From an uncultured Hyphomicrobiales bacterium (lineage in GTDB: Bacteria > Pseudomonadota > Alphaproteobacteria > Rhizobiales > Xanthobacteraceae), in contig CAYZMR010000001.1 of assembly GCA_964479515.1 (NCBI GenBank), positions 6,498 to 70,497 on the forward strand: DNA of 64,000 bases, given 5' to 3'. The notes under the pieces are model-generated. The model saw only the letters and a program-made list of their open reading frames with translations, ran no database searches and was not told where the DNA came from. Positions 53,444-62,103 of this stretch are shown one piece after another (within the stretch, counting starts at the first letter, position 1; every line of letters begins with the position of its first letter). The position numbers and the translations under genes were made by a program.

Positions 53444-53549
53444 ATGTCATCCCGGAAGCCGCGAAGCGGCTATCCGGGACCCATGTCTCAACACATTCGG
53501 TCGCCGAAAGATGGATCCCGGCTCTCGCTTCGCTCGGCCGGGATGACAT
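53444..53549. repeat. REP/MITE-like element, family 3 (106 bp, 12-bp perfect terminal inverted repeats)
   Basis: Termini atgtcatcccgg...ccgggatgacat with two internal hairpins (ccggaagccgc/gcggctatccgg; atcccggc.../...gccgggat). Fills the hyuA-hyuB junction. Confidence 0.6.
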
Positions 53550-55636
53550 CATGAGATCGCCCTCCGCTCCATCACGATACACCCGGCCGCGTCGATGCGC
53601 GCATCGAAAGTCGCGGTCACGAAGGTCGAGGTCTCGTCCTCGGCGATGATCGCGGGGCCTACCACGCGCGCGCCGGGCTCCATGCGCTCGCGCCGATAGA
53701 GCGGCACATCGATGCGCGCGTTGGCGCGGCCGTCGAAGAACGCGCGTGTGCCGTCCGCCGAGGGAGGACGGCGGGCGGCCACGGGCGGCGCCGGCTGCGG
53801 CCGCTGCGCCTTGGTCGACACCAGCACCGACCAGCTCAGCGCCTCGATCGCGGCACCCGGGATCGGTCGCCGGAACAGAACCGAGTATTCCCGTTCAAAC
53901 GTCTCGCGTAGCGCCGTCGCGTCATCCGCCGTCAGATCGCGCAGCGGCAGCGGCACCGTGATCTCGTGCCCCTGCCCGACATAGCGCATGTAAGCGAGGC
54001 GGCGCTCCGTCGTCGGCGCACCGCGCGCGCCCGGCTCGACCAGCGCACGCGCGTCGCGCGACATCGCGGCGAGCAGCGCGGACGCGCCCGCGGCGTCGAA
54101 GTTGTCGAGACGCATGTGGCGGCTCTTCACCAGCTCGTAGGAAATCGGCGCGGCCAGGAAGCCGACCGCCGAACCGACCCCCGCATTAGGCGGCACGATC
54201 ACGCGGGAGAGCCCGAGCTTCTCGGCGACGCGCGCGGCGTGCAAAGGCGCTGCGCCGCCGAACGCGATCAACGCATGGTCGCCGACCACTTCGCCGCGCT
54301 CGACCGCGTGCACACGCGCGGCGCTCGCCATGTTCTCGCACACCATCTCGTGAACCGCGTAGGCGGCGGTCTCCGGCCCAAGCCCGAGCGGATCGCCGAC
54401 CGCGGCCACGAGCGCGGCGCGCGCCAGATCCGCGTTGAGCTGGATCGTCCCGCCCGCGAATGCCGCCGGATCGATCATGCCGAGCGCGACGTCGGCGTCG
54501 GTCACGGTCGGCCTTAAGCCGCCGCGCCGGTAGCAGGCCGGGCCCGGCTCGGAGCCCGCGCTCTCCGGACCGACGGTGACGCGCTTCAACGCATCGACGT
54601 GCGCGATCGAGCCGCCGCCCGCCCCGATCTCGACCATCTCGATGACCGGAATGCGCACCGGCAGGCCTGAACCTTTGAGAAAGCGCGCCGCGCGGTCGAC
54701 CTCGTAGACGCGCGCCGAATTCGGCTCGAAATTCTCGATCAGGCAGATTTTCGCCGTGGTACCGCCCATGTCGAAGGACAGCACCTTCCGTTCGTCGGCA
54801 CGCGCCGCGACCTGCGTGGCGAAGATCGCGCCGCCCGCGGGACCGGATTCGACGAGGCGGATCGGAAAGCGCCGCGCCGTATCGATCGAGGTGAGCCCGC
54901 CGCCCGAGGTGACCAGATAGATCGCGCCGCGGAATTGCTCGACGCGTAGCGCCTCGTCCATGCGGGCGAGATAGCCGTCGATCAACGGCTGCACGAAGGC
55001 GTTCGCGACGGCCGTCGAGGTGCGCTCGTATTCGCGGATCTCCGGGCAGACCTCGGAGGAGAGCGTGATGCTCAACCCCGGCAGCGCGTTTTTCAGGATC
55101 GCGGCCGTGCGCTGCTCATGCGCCGGGTTGACGTAGGAATGCATGAAGCAGATCGCGACGCTCTCGATCCCGTTGTCGCGCAGGAACGCGACCTGGCTCG
55201 CAACCGCCGCCTCGTCGAGCGCGAGCCGCACCGCGCCGTGCACGTCGACGCGCTCCGGCACGGTGACGCGCAGCGCGCGCGGAACCAGCGGCCGCGGCTT
55301 CTCGATCGAAAGATCGTACTGGTCGTAGCGGCTCTCGGTCGCGATATCGAGCGTGTCGCGGAAGCCGTCGGTCGCGATCAGCGCCGTGCGCGCGCCGCGC
55401 CGCTCGATGATCGCGTTGGTGGCTAGCGTCGTGCCGTGAATGAACACGTCGATGTCGGAGAAGTGCAGGCCCGCGTCGGCGAGCACGAGGCGCGCGCCTT
55501 CGAGCACGCCCTCCTCCGGCCGCCGCGTGGTGGTCAGCACCTTGCGGGTGAGCCGCGTCTCGCCGCGGTCGAGCACGATGTCCGTGAAGGTGCCGCCGAT
55601 GTCGACCGCCATGCGGACGTCAGGACCCGTGGTCAT
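53549..55636 (-). CDS. hyuA: hydantoinase A / oxoprolinase family protein
   Basis: 695-aa ORF with N-terminus VRMAVDIGGTFTDIV and an ASKHA-type ATPase fold pattern. Confidence 0.9.
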   Translation of the reverse strand: MTTGPDVRMAVDIGGTFTDIVLDRGETRLTRKVLTTTRRPEEGVLEGARLVLADAGLHFSDIDVFIHGTTLATNAIIERRGARTALIATDGFRDTLDIATESRYDQYDLSIEKPRPLVPRALRVTVPERVDVHGAVRLALDEAAVASQVAFLRDNGIESVAICFMHSYVNPAHEQRTAAILKNALPGLSITLSSEVCPEIREYERTSTAVANAFVQPLIDGYLARMDEALRVEQFRGAIYLVTSGGGLTSIDTARRFPIRLVESGPAGGAIFATQVAARADERKVLSFDMGGTTAKICLIENFEPNSARVYEVDRAARFLKGSGLPVRIPVIEMVEIGAGGGSIAHVDALKRVTVGPESAGSEPGPACYRRGGLRPTVTDADVALGMIDPAAFAGGTIQLNADLARAALVAAVGDPLGLGPETAAYAVHEMVCENMASAARVHAVERGEVVGDHALIAFGGAAPLHAARVAEKLGLSRVIVPPNAGVGSAVGFLAAPISYELVKSRHMRLDNFDAAGASALLAAMSRDARALVEPGARGAPTTERRLAYMRYVGQGHEITVPLPLRDLTADDATALRETFEREYSVLFRRPIPGAAIEALSWSVLVSTKAQRPQPAPPVAARRPPSADGTRAFFDGRANARIDVPLYRRERMEPGARVVGPAIIAEDETSTFVTATFDARIDAAGCIVMERRAIS

Positions 55637-56557
55637 TCAGTTGTTCCGCTCCAGCCGCGCGATCAGGAACTCGATCTCGGCGACCGCCTCCTTCGAGAGC
55701 TTGATGCCGGGCTTGCGCTGCGCGTCGCTGGCGATCGCGCCGCGGCGCTTGAGGATGTATTTGCGCACCGCGAGCCCCAGCATCCCCGGCTGCTGCTCAT
55801 AGCGCAGCAGCGGCAGGTGGCGGTCGAACAGGTCATGCGCGGCCGCGCGGTCGCCCGCCTTGATGAGCTTGACCAGTTGCACCAGCATTTCGGGATACGC
55901 GTAGCCGGTGTTTGCACCATCCGCGCCGCGCTCCAGCTCATGCGGCAGGAACACGCCGCCATTGCCGCACAGGATCGCGACTTTGCGCATGCTGGCGTCC
56001 GCCATCATGGTCTTCAGCGCGCTGAGCTTTTCCAGGCCGGGCCATTCCTCGTGCTTGACCATCTTGCACGAGGGATTATCCGCGACGATGCGGGCGATCA
56101 CCGACGGCGCCATGAACACGCCAGATGCGTAAGGATAGTCCTGCAGCACGAACGGCACGTCCGCGCCGATCGCCTCGGCGGCGTTGGCGTAATAGGTCAC
56201 GATCTGGTCGTCGGTCTTGAGCGTGCCCGGCGGCGCGATCATCACGCCGCCGGCGCCGGCGTCCATCACGTCGCGCGCGAGCGCCCGCATCTGCGCGAAG
56301 CCCGGCGCGGAGGCGCCGACCACCACCGGCAGCCCGTTCACGCGCCGCACCACCTGTCGCGTCAAGGCGACGGCTTCGGCGTGGGTCAGCTTCGGCGCCT
56401 CGCCCATGATGCCGAGCACCGTGACGCCCGTAATGCCGCAGCCGACATAGAAGTCCATCAGCCGGTCGAGGCTTACCGTGTCGACCGCGCCGTCATCGGT
56501 GAACGGCGTCGCCGCGATGATGTAGACGCCGCCGGCGCTGGTATCGAGCAAAGGCAT
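55637..56557 (-). CDS. dihydrodipicolinate synthase (DapA/NAL) family lyase
   Basis: 306-aa ORF with the GVTVLGIMGEAPKLT block. Its stop abuts the hyuA start (0-nt spacer). Confidence 0.85.
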   Translation of the reverse strand: MPLLDTSAGGVYIIAATPFTDDGAVDTVSLDRLMDFYVGCGITGVTVLGIMGEAPKLTHAEAVALTRQVVRRVNGLPVVVGASAPGFAQMRALARDVMDAGAGGVMIAPPGTLKTDDQIVTYYANAAEAIGADVPFVLQDYPYASGVFMAPSVIARIVADNPSCKMVKHEEWPGLEKLSALKTMMADASMRKVAILCGNGGVFLPHELERGADGANTGYAYPEMLVQLVKLIKAGDRAAAHDLFDRHLPLLRYEQQPGMLGLAVRKYILKRRGAIASDAQRKPGIKLSKEAVAEIEFLIARLERNN

Positions 56558-56577
56558 GGGGGCACATTAAAGACGTG

Positions 56578-56605
56578 GATGCCCGGGACAAGCCCGGGCA
56601 TGACG
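56578..56605. repeat. solo arm of family-2 REP-like element
   Basis: gatgcccgggacaagcccgggcatgacg, self-complementary (tgcccggg/cccgggca). Lies in the 105-bp divergent intergenic region. Confidence 0.6.
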
Positions 56606-56662
56606 ATTGAGAGAGTCCACACAATCCCGCTATGCGTAGTGCGCAGCCTTTGGAGGCCTCCC

Positions 56663-58126
56663 ATGCAACCCTTCGATCTCGTGATCCGCGGCGGCACGGT
56701 CGCGACCGCGACCGACACGATGAAGGCCGATGTCGGCATCCGTGGCGAGACGATCGCGGCGATCGGCGACGGCCTCGACAAGGGCAGACAAGAGATCGAT
56801 GCGCGCGGCAGACTGGTGCTGCCCGGCGGCGTCGACAGCCACAGCCACATCGAGCAGCTTTCAGCTGCCGGCCTGATGAACGCCGACACGTTCCAGAGCG
56901 CCACCACGGCGGCGGCCTTCGGCGGCACAACCACGGTCATCTCATTCGCGGCGCAGCACGTCGGGATGAGCCTGAAGACCGTGGTCGAGGAGTATCACCA
57001 GTTCGCCAAGCGCGGCGCGGTCGTCGACTATGCGTTTCACATGATCCTTGCCGATCCGCGCGAGGAGGTGCTGGAGCAGGAAGTCCCGCCGCTGGTGAAG
57101 TCCGGTCATGCGTCGCTGAAAGTTTTCATGACCTACGACCGGCTGAAGGTCGACGACGAGCAATTGCTCAACGTGCTGCAGTCGGCGCGCGACAACCACG
57201 CGATGGTGTGCGTGCATGCCGAGAACCACGGCATGATCACCTGGATGGGCAAGCGCCTCGTCAAGCACGGCTATGTGGCGCCGAAATTCCATAGCGTTTC
57301 GCATCCGCGCGTGTGCGAGCCCGAAGCGTTCACCCGGCTGATCGCCTGTGCCGCGCTGGTCGACCAGCCGATCATGATCTTCCATGTCTCGACCGCCGAA
57401 GGCGCAGCCGTGATCCGGGAAGCGCGTGGGCGCGGCCTGAAGGTCTTCGCCGAGACCTGCCCGCAATACCTGTTCATGACCAGGCACGACCTCGACAAGC
57501 CCGGCCTCGAAGGCGGCAAATGGATGTTCTCGCCGCCGGCGCGCGAAGCCTCCGATCAGGAGGCGCTATGGCAGGCGCTCGCGCTCGGCGATCTGCAGGT
57601 GATCTCGTCCGATCACGCGCCTTACGCCTTCGACAAGACCGGCAAGCTGATGGGCGGCAGACAAGCGACCTTCAAGCAGATCCCGAACGGCATGCCGGGG
57701 CTGGAGGCGCGGCTGCCCGTGGTCTTCGACGAGATCGTGTCGAACGGCCGCTTCGACGTGACCAAGTTCGTCGCATGGACCGCGACCAACCCGGCGAAAA
57801 TCTACGGGCTCTATCCGAAGAAGGGCACGCTCGCGATCGGCTCGGATGCCGACATCGCGATCTGGGACCCGAAGAAGCGCGTCACGTTCTCGGACAAAAT
57901 GGTCAAGGACCGCGCCGGCTACACGCCGTGGAAGGGCCGCACCGTGAAGGGCTGGCCCACGACCGTGCTGCTGCGCGGCGAGGTGCTCGTGTCGGACGAG
58001 ACGCTGCGCGCCAAGCCCGGCAGCGGCCAGTTCCTGGCGCGCCAGGCCGGCAAGGCCGCCGAACCGCTCGGCCGCATCGCGCCGGAGTTCGATCCGAAAC
58101 GGAATTTCGGCGCGAGGCTGCGATAA
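56663..58126 (+). CDS. dihydropyrimidinase / D-hydantoinase family cyclic amidohydrolase
   Basis: ATG 56663 (SD TGGAGG) inside track ORF 55436..58126. MQPFDLVIRGGTV...LPGGVDSHSHI metal-binding HxH. Confidence 0.9.
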   Translation: MQPFDLVIRGGTVATATDTMKADVGIRGETIAAIGDGLDKGRQEIDARGRLVLPGGVDSHSHIEQLSAAGLMNADTFQSATTAAAFGGTTTVISFAAQHVGMSLKTVVEEYHQFAKRGAVVDYAFHMILADPREEVLEQEVPPLVKSGHASLKVFMTYDRLKVDDEQLLNVLQSARDNHAMVCVHAENHGMITWMGKRLVKHGYVAPKFHSVSHPRVCEPEAFTRLIACAALVDQPIMIFHVSTAEGAAVIREARGRGLKVFAETCPQYLFMTRHDLDKPGLEGGKWMFSPPAREASDQEALWQALALGDLQVISSDHAPYAFDKTGKLMGGRQATFKQIPNGMPGLEARLPVVFDEIVSNGRFDVTKFVAWTATNPAKIYGLYPKKGTLAIGSDADIAIWDPKKRVTFSDKMVKDRAGYTPWKGRTVKGWPTTVLLRGEVLVSDETLRAKPGSGQFLARQAGKAAEPLGRIAPEFDPKRNFGARLR

Positions 58127-58136
58127 ATCTCTCTTT

Positions 58137-58224
58137 CGTCATGCCCGGGCTGGGCCCGGGCATCCCGCTTGGAGAGCACTGCGCATGCTCTATCGAGATG
58201 GCCGGGACAAGCCAGGCCATGACG
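58137..58224. repeat. REP/MITE-like element, family 2 (88 bp)
   Basis: Left arm cgtcatgcccgggctgggcccgggcatc (58137-58164) and right arm gatggccgggacaagccaggccatgacg (58197-58224). Shares arm sequence and the ccgctt...atcga core edges with 41769-41860. Confidence 0.8.
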
Positions 58225-58277
58225 AGGTCGAGCGGTCTGTGCTATCAACTGAGCGCCGGCGAACGCGGGAGAACCCG

Positions 58278-58985
58278 ATGCACACGATCAAGATCGCGGA
58301 TTGGGCCGTCGAGCAGACGCTGCTCCGGCGCGGCAGGCTGCATGTCCACGAAAACCTCGATCCGCGCAAGACCGCGCTGATCGTGGTCGACATGCAGAAC
58401 GGCTTCTGCCTTGAAGAGGTCGCGGCCGCGTACGTGCCGTATGCCAAGGAGATCGTGCCGACCATCAACAAGCTCGCCACCGCGGTGCGCCGCACCGGCG
58501 GCAAGGTGTTCTGGATCAAGCAGACCGTCGACGCGGAGAGCGCCGTCGCGTGGTCCGAATGGCTCGGCATGATGACCGCCGAGACGCGTCGCCGCCTCGT
58601 CACCAACCTCGCGCCCGGCTCGCGCGGCCATGAGCTGCATGCCGGCCTCGATGTAAAGAGCGAAGACGAGATCGTGCAGAAATATCGCTTCAGCGCGTTC
58701 GTCCAGGGCGCGTCCGACCTGCCGCAGCGGCTACGCGCGCAGGGCTACGACACCGTCCTGATCACCGGCACGGTCACCAATGTGTGTTGTGAATCCTCGG
58801 CGCGCGACGCCATGATGCTCAACTTCAAGACCATCATGGTGAGCGACGCCAACGCGACGCGCACCGACGAGGAGCACAACGCGACGCTCTCGACCTTCTA
58901 CGCGATCTTCGGCGACGTGATGGACACCGACTTCCTGATCGGACGCCTGGACGCCAACGCCGCGCTGCGCGTCGCCGCCGAATAG
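58278..58985 (+). CDS. isochorismatase-family cysteine hydrolase
   Basis: ATG 58278 inside track ORF 58185..58985. Catalytic contexts LIVVDMQNGF and TGTVTNVCCESSARDA. Confidence 0.85.
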   Translation: MHTIKIADWAVEQTLLRRGRLHVHENLDPRKTALIVVDMQNGFCLEEVAAAYVPYAKEIVPTINKLATAVRRTGGKVFWIKQTVDAESAVAWSEWLGMMTAETRRRLVTNLAPGSRGHELHAGLDVKSEDEIVQKYRFSAFVQGASDLPQRLRAQGYDTVLITGTVTNVCCESSARDAMMLNFKTIMVSDANATRTDEEHNATLSTFYAIFGDVMDTDFLIGRLDANAALRVAAE

Positions 58986-59016
58986 GCGTCGGCAGGACCG
59001 AGCCAGCGGGGCGTTC

Positions 59017-59985
59017 GTGAAAATCGCGTTCATCGGCGCCTCGCATTGGCACCTGCCGCTCTATCTGGAGCCGATGCTCGACGTGCCCGGCGTGACCATC
59101 GCGGGCATCAGCGATCCCAATCCTCACGTCGTCGCGGCGCTCTCTGCCAAGCTCCAGTGTGTGGGCGATACCGACTTCCGCGAGCTCTGCCGGCGCGTGA
59201 AGCCGGATTTCGTGATCGCGCTCGGCCGCCATATCGACATGCCGGGGCAGGCGCGCTTTCTCATCGCGGAGAAAATCCCGTTCGCGCTGGAGAAGCCGTG
59301 CGGGTTGAATGAAGGCGAGGTCGCCGCGATTGCCCAGGCGGCGGAAGAGGCAGGGGCCTTCGCCGCGGTGCCGCTGGTGTTCCGTAACGGCGACTTCTTC
59401 GCGCTGCTGCGCGAGGAAGCGCACAACATCCAGTACATGAGCTACCGCTTCATCGCGGGATTCGCGCAGCGCTACCGCGACGCCGGCTGCGACTGGATGC
59501 TCGATCCGGCGCTCTCCGGCGGCGGCTGCACCATCAACCTCGCTCCCCACTTCCTCGATCTGGCGCTCGCCCTGATGGGGCCGGACGTCGAGGTCGCGCA
59601 GGCCATCATGTCCAATGCCGCCTGGCACGAGCGGATCGAGGACTATTCGGCCGTGACGTTGGCGCGCGGCCCGGACCGCTGCGTGATCGAGACCGGATAC
59701 CTGTTTCCCGCCCCGACCAGCACGTTCGACCTGCACTACGCGATCCGCTCACCCGCGCGCTACATCGTGGCGCATGACCCCGACACGATCGAGATCGTCG
59801 AGACGGACGGGCGCCGAAGCACGCGCAAGATGGTAACGACGAACGTGCCGCACTACCGCACGTTCGTGTTCGACGCGGTCGCGCGCGTGCGCGCCGGCAA
59901 GCCGCCGCTCGCAAGCCTCGCCGACATGGTGCCGGTCATGCGCCTGACCGATGCCGCCTACGCGAAGGCCGGCTGGCCGCGTTAG
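59017..59985 (+). CDS. Gfo/Idh/MocA family oxidoreductase
   Basis: 322-aa ORF (GTG start) with N-terminal Rossmann KIAFIGASHWH and the EKP motif (ALEKPCG). Confidence 0.8.
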   Translation: MKIAFIGASHWHLPLYLEPMLDVPGVTIAGISDPNPHVVAALSAKLQCVGDTDFRELCRRVKPDFVIALGRHIDMPGQARFLIAEKIPFALEKPCGLNEGEVAAIAQAAEEAGAFAAVPLVFRNGDFFALLREEAHNIQYMSYRFIAGFAQRYRDAGCDWMLDPALSGGGCTINLAPHFLDLALALMGPDVEVAQAIMSNAAWHERIEDYSAVTLARGPDRCVIETGYLFPAPTSTFDLHYAIRSPARYIVAHDPDTIEIVETDGRRSTRKMVTTNVPHYRTFVFDAVARVRAGKPPLASLADMVPVMRLTDAAYAKAGWPR

Positions 59986-60181
59986 CCGGCAATAGTCTGA
60001 AGTTGAAGCGGCGCAGCGCGCCGGCCGAATTCGCGCGCTGGGGCGTCGTGCCGACGCGTAGCTGTCGCCACACGGCCTTCCTGCATGACGGCATCCTGGG
60101 AAGCGCCGAGACGATCAAGGCTGAGCTCGACGCAACCTGCTTCACCTTCGGCTGGCGCGGCGCGCGGAAGCGCCGCGACTG

Positions 60182-60571
60182 TCACTTAATCAGGAAGTCG
60201 TCCTTGGTCAGCTTCGTGCCTTTCATTTCTTCTCGCATCCACACCGGAAGCATGCCGCGGCCGGACCACTTCAAGCTCGGCTTCTTCTGGCTCTGATATT
60301 TCGGTTTGGCCTTCGCTCGTTTGCCAGCGCGCGGCACTCTGAGAACCGTCCGAACCGCTCCGGCTGCCTTGGCGGAGACGTAGCCCTGCAGCTCGGACAG
60401 ATGGCCTTGCAGTATCTCACGTTGCTGCTGGACCTTCTTCGCAAGCAGAGTTTCGAGGTTGTCGATGTAGTCGCGAAGCTGACCGACATCCATTTTGCCA
60501 ACACCCTTCCCGTTGATTTTCTTGTTTTTGGAGCCAGGGGGGCGGCCGCGACGCTTTGCTTTCTTAGCCAT
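60182..60571 (-). CDS. H-NS family nucleoid-associated protein with basic AT-hook-like N-terminal extension
   Basis: 129-aa ORF. C-terminal WSGRGMLPVWM matches the H-NS DNA-binding loop (W-x-GRG-x-x-P-x-W) and there is a central coiled-coil. ATG 60571 has SD AGAGG; the alternative start is ATG 60493 (MDVGQLRDY). Confidence 0.75.
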   Translation of the reverse strand: MAKKAKRRGRPPGSKNKKINGKGVGKMDVGQLRDYIDNLETLLAKKVQQQREILQGHLSELQGYVSAKAAGAVRTVLRVPRAGKRAKAKPKYQSQKKPSLKWSGRGMLPVWMREEMKGTKLTKDDFLIK

Positions 60572-60917
60572 ATAAGCCTCTGCGATGATTCAGTGCATTT
60601 GCAGATATACCTCGTCGGGAAGACGTTTGAAACCGCCAGGATTCGTGGCTGAAGGCATCGCGTGCGAGGCAGAGAGGACGACCTTCACCATCCTCACGGC
60701 GCGTTCACAGCCGATATCGGCGACGCGTGACGGACCTGCCGCCGTCGGGACGTAGCGTCCGGCTGTTGATGGTTGCGCGCCGCGTTCGCGAAAAGAGTGA
60801 CTCGATGCACGGTTCGCGACTTCCACCGAGATCGGCGGGCGGTGTTTTGATCGCATCCGGTGGACGCGCTCGCTGAACTACCCTATCAGTTCCGGGCAAG
60901 CCGATGGGGAGCGCGCT

Positions 60918-61355
60918 GTGGCCCGCATTCCGAAAGTTCTTCATGAGCATATCAACACGGCGTTTCCCGCCAACGTGACGTTGGTCGGCACTGTGCTGCC
61001 GAGCGGCTTTGCGCAGATTTCTCCGCGCGGCTCAACGATGGTCTACGATGACGAGCACCTCGCTCTGTGGGAGCGCGGCACTGGCTCGACCAACGAGAAT
61101 TTGAAGGACGGCACCAAGGTGACGGTGTTCCTGCGCAAGACGCAGCTCCGCGAGCTCGGCCTGCTTCCGTCCGGAGGCATTGCGCGCTTCTACGGCACCG
61201 CGAGCGTCCACAGATCGGGGCGGGTCTACGACGAGATCTGGAACCGGCTGATCGAGCCGGAGAAGGGCCGCGACCCGGACAAGAAGGGCTTTGGTGTGCT
61301 GATCAAGATCGAGCGCGCAGAGGATTTGAGCGGCAAGCCGCTGACCTTGGAGTGA
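60918..61355 (+). CDS. pyridoxamine 5'-phosphate oxidase-like (FMN-binding split barrel) family protein
   Basis: 145-aa ORF (GTG start). VTLVGTVLPSGFAQISPRGS...VHRSGRVYDEIW pattern. Confidence 0.65.
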   Translation: MARIPKVLHEHINTAFPANVTLVGTVLPSGFAQISPRGSTMVYDDEHLALWERGTGSTNENLKDGTKVTVFLRKTQLRELGLLPSGGIARFYGTASVHRSGRVYDEIWNRLIEPEKGRDPDKKGFGVLIKIERAEDLSGKPLTLE

Positions 61356-61472
61356 CGCGCCAAGTCGGCGGAGATCGGCCGTCGCCAGCAGGCTTGCTGC
61401 GCGCCCGTTTCGTCCTAGAATGTCAGCAAAAGCGTTCCGTTCTTGCGCGAAAACGACGTTCGGAGGACCCCC

Positions 61473-62045
61473 ATGAACATCCACCAACCGCAGACCAAAT
61501 CCAAGCCGCTCGACCGCCTGCCCGAGCGGCTGCATCACTTCGGTTTCGTGGTGAAAGACCAGGAAGTGAACCGCAAATTCTTCGAGGACGTGCTCGGCAT
61601 TCCGCTGGTCGCGACCTGGTGTGAGCGCGCGCACAACGTGATCGTCGGCCGCGAACTGAACTACTGCCACACCTTCTATGCGCTCGCGGATGGCGGCGCG
61701 TTCGCGTTCTTCCAGTTCGAGGATGACGACGCCTACGAGAAGCTGAAGCCGCATCGCCCGGATCTCGGCCATCACTTCGCGATGAAGGTCGAACAGAAGA
61801 CCTATGACGACATCGTGCGCCGGCTGAAGGCCGCCAACATCCAGTATCGCGAGACCGATCACGGCTACTGTCAGTCGATCTACATGGCGAGCCCGGACGG
61901 CCTGAAGGTCGAGTTCACCGTCGATCCGCCGGACGCCGCCGAGATTGCCGCGGCGAAGAAAAAGGATGCGCACAGCGAACTCAAGCGCTGGCTCGCGGGC
62001 GACCGCCGGCCGAACAACACCGACCGGCACGGCGTCACGGCGTAA
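61473..62045 (+). CDS. VOC (glyoxalase/dioxygenase) family protein
   Basis: ATG 61473 inside track ORF 61443..62045. LHHFGFVVKD...HHFAMKV...GLKVEF metal-ligand pattern. Confidence 0.8.
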   Translation: MNIHQPQTKSKPLDRLPERLHHFGFVVKDQEVNRKFFEDVLGIPLVATWCERAHNVIVGRELNYCHTFYALADGGAFAFFQFEDDDAYEKLKPHRPDLGHHFAMKVEQKTYDDIVRRLKAANIQYRETDHGYCQSIYMASPDGLKVEFTVDPPDAAEIAAAKKKDAHSELKRWLAGDRRPNNTDRHGVTA

Positions 62046-62103
62046 GCTTCACCAACGAATAAAGGCCGCCACGCGTACAAAAACGGCGGCAAGGGAGGGG
62101 ACG

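Noticed and set aside
55436-56662. About 400-aa N-terminal extension of the dihydropyrimidinase ORF (track ORF 55436..58126)
   Set aside because: The extension is antisense to the DHDPS-like gene and reads through the solo repeat arm. A canonical start (ATG 56663 with TGGAGG) gives the normal roughly 487-aa enzyme beginning MQPFDLVIRGG.
59982-60185. 67-aa ORF starting with a GTGA overlap on the H-NS-like gene stop and ending overlapped with the convergent oxidoreductase stop
   Set aside because: The product is Ala/Arg-rich with no motif, and third-position GC (about 60% by hand count) is unlike the surrounding genes. The region also contains a GC hairpin (gcggcgc...gcgccgc) more consistent with a 3' UTR. 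It is kept only as a very low-probability small ORF.
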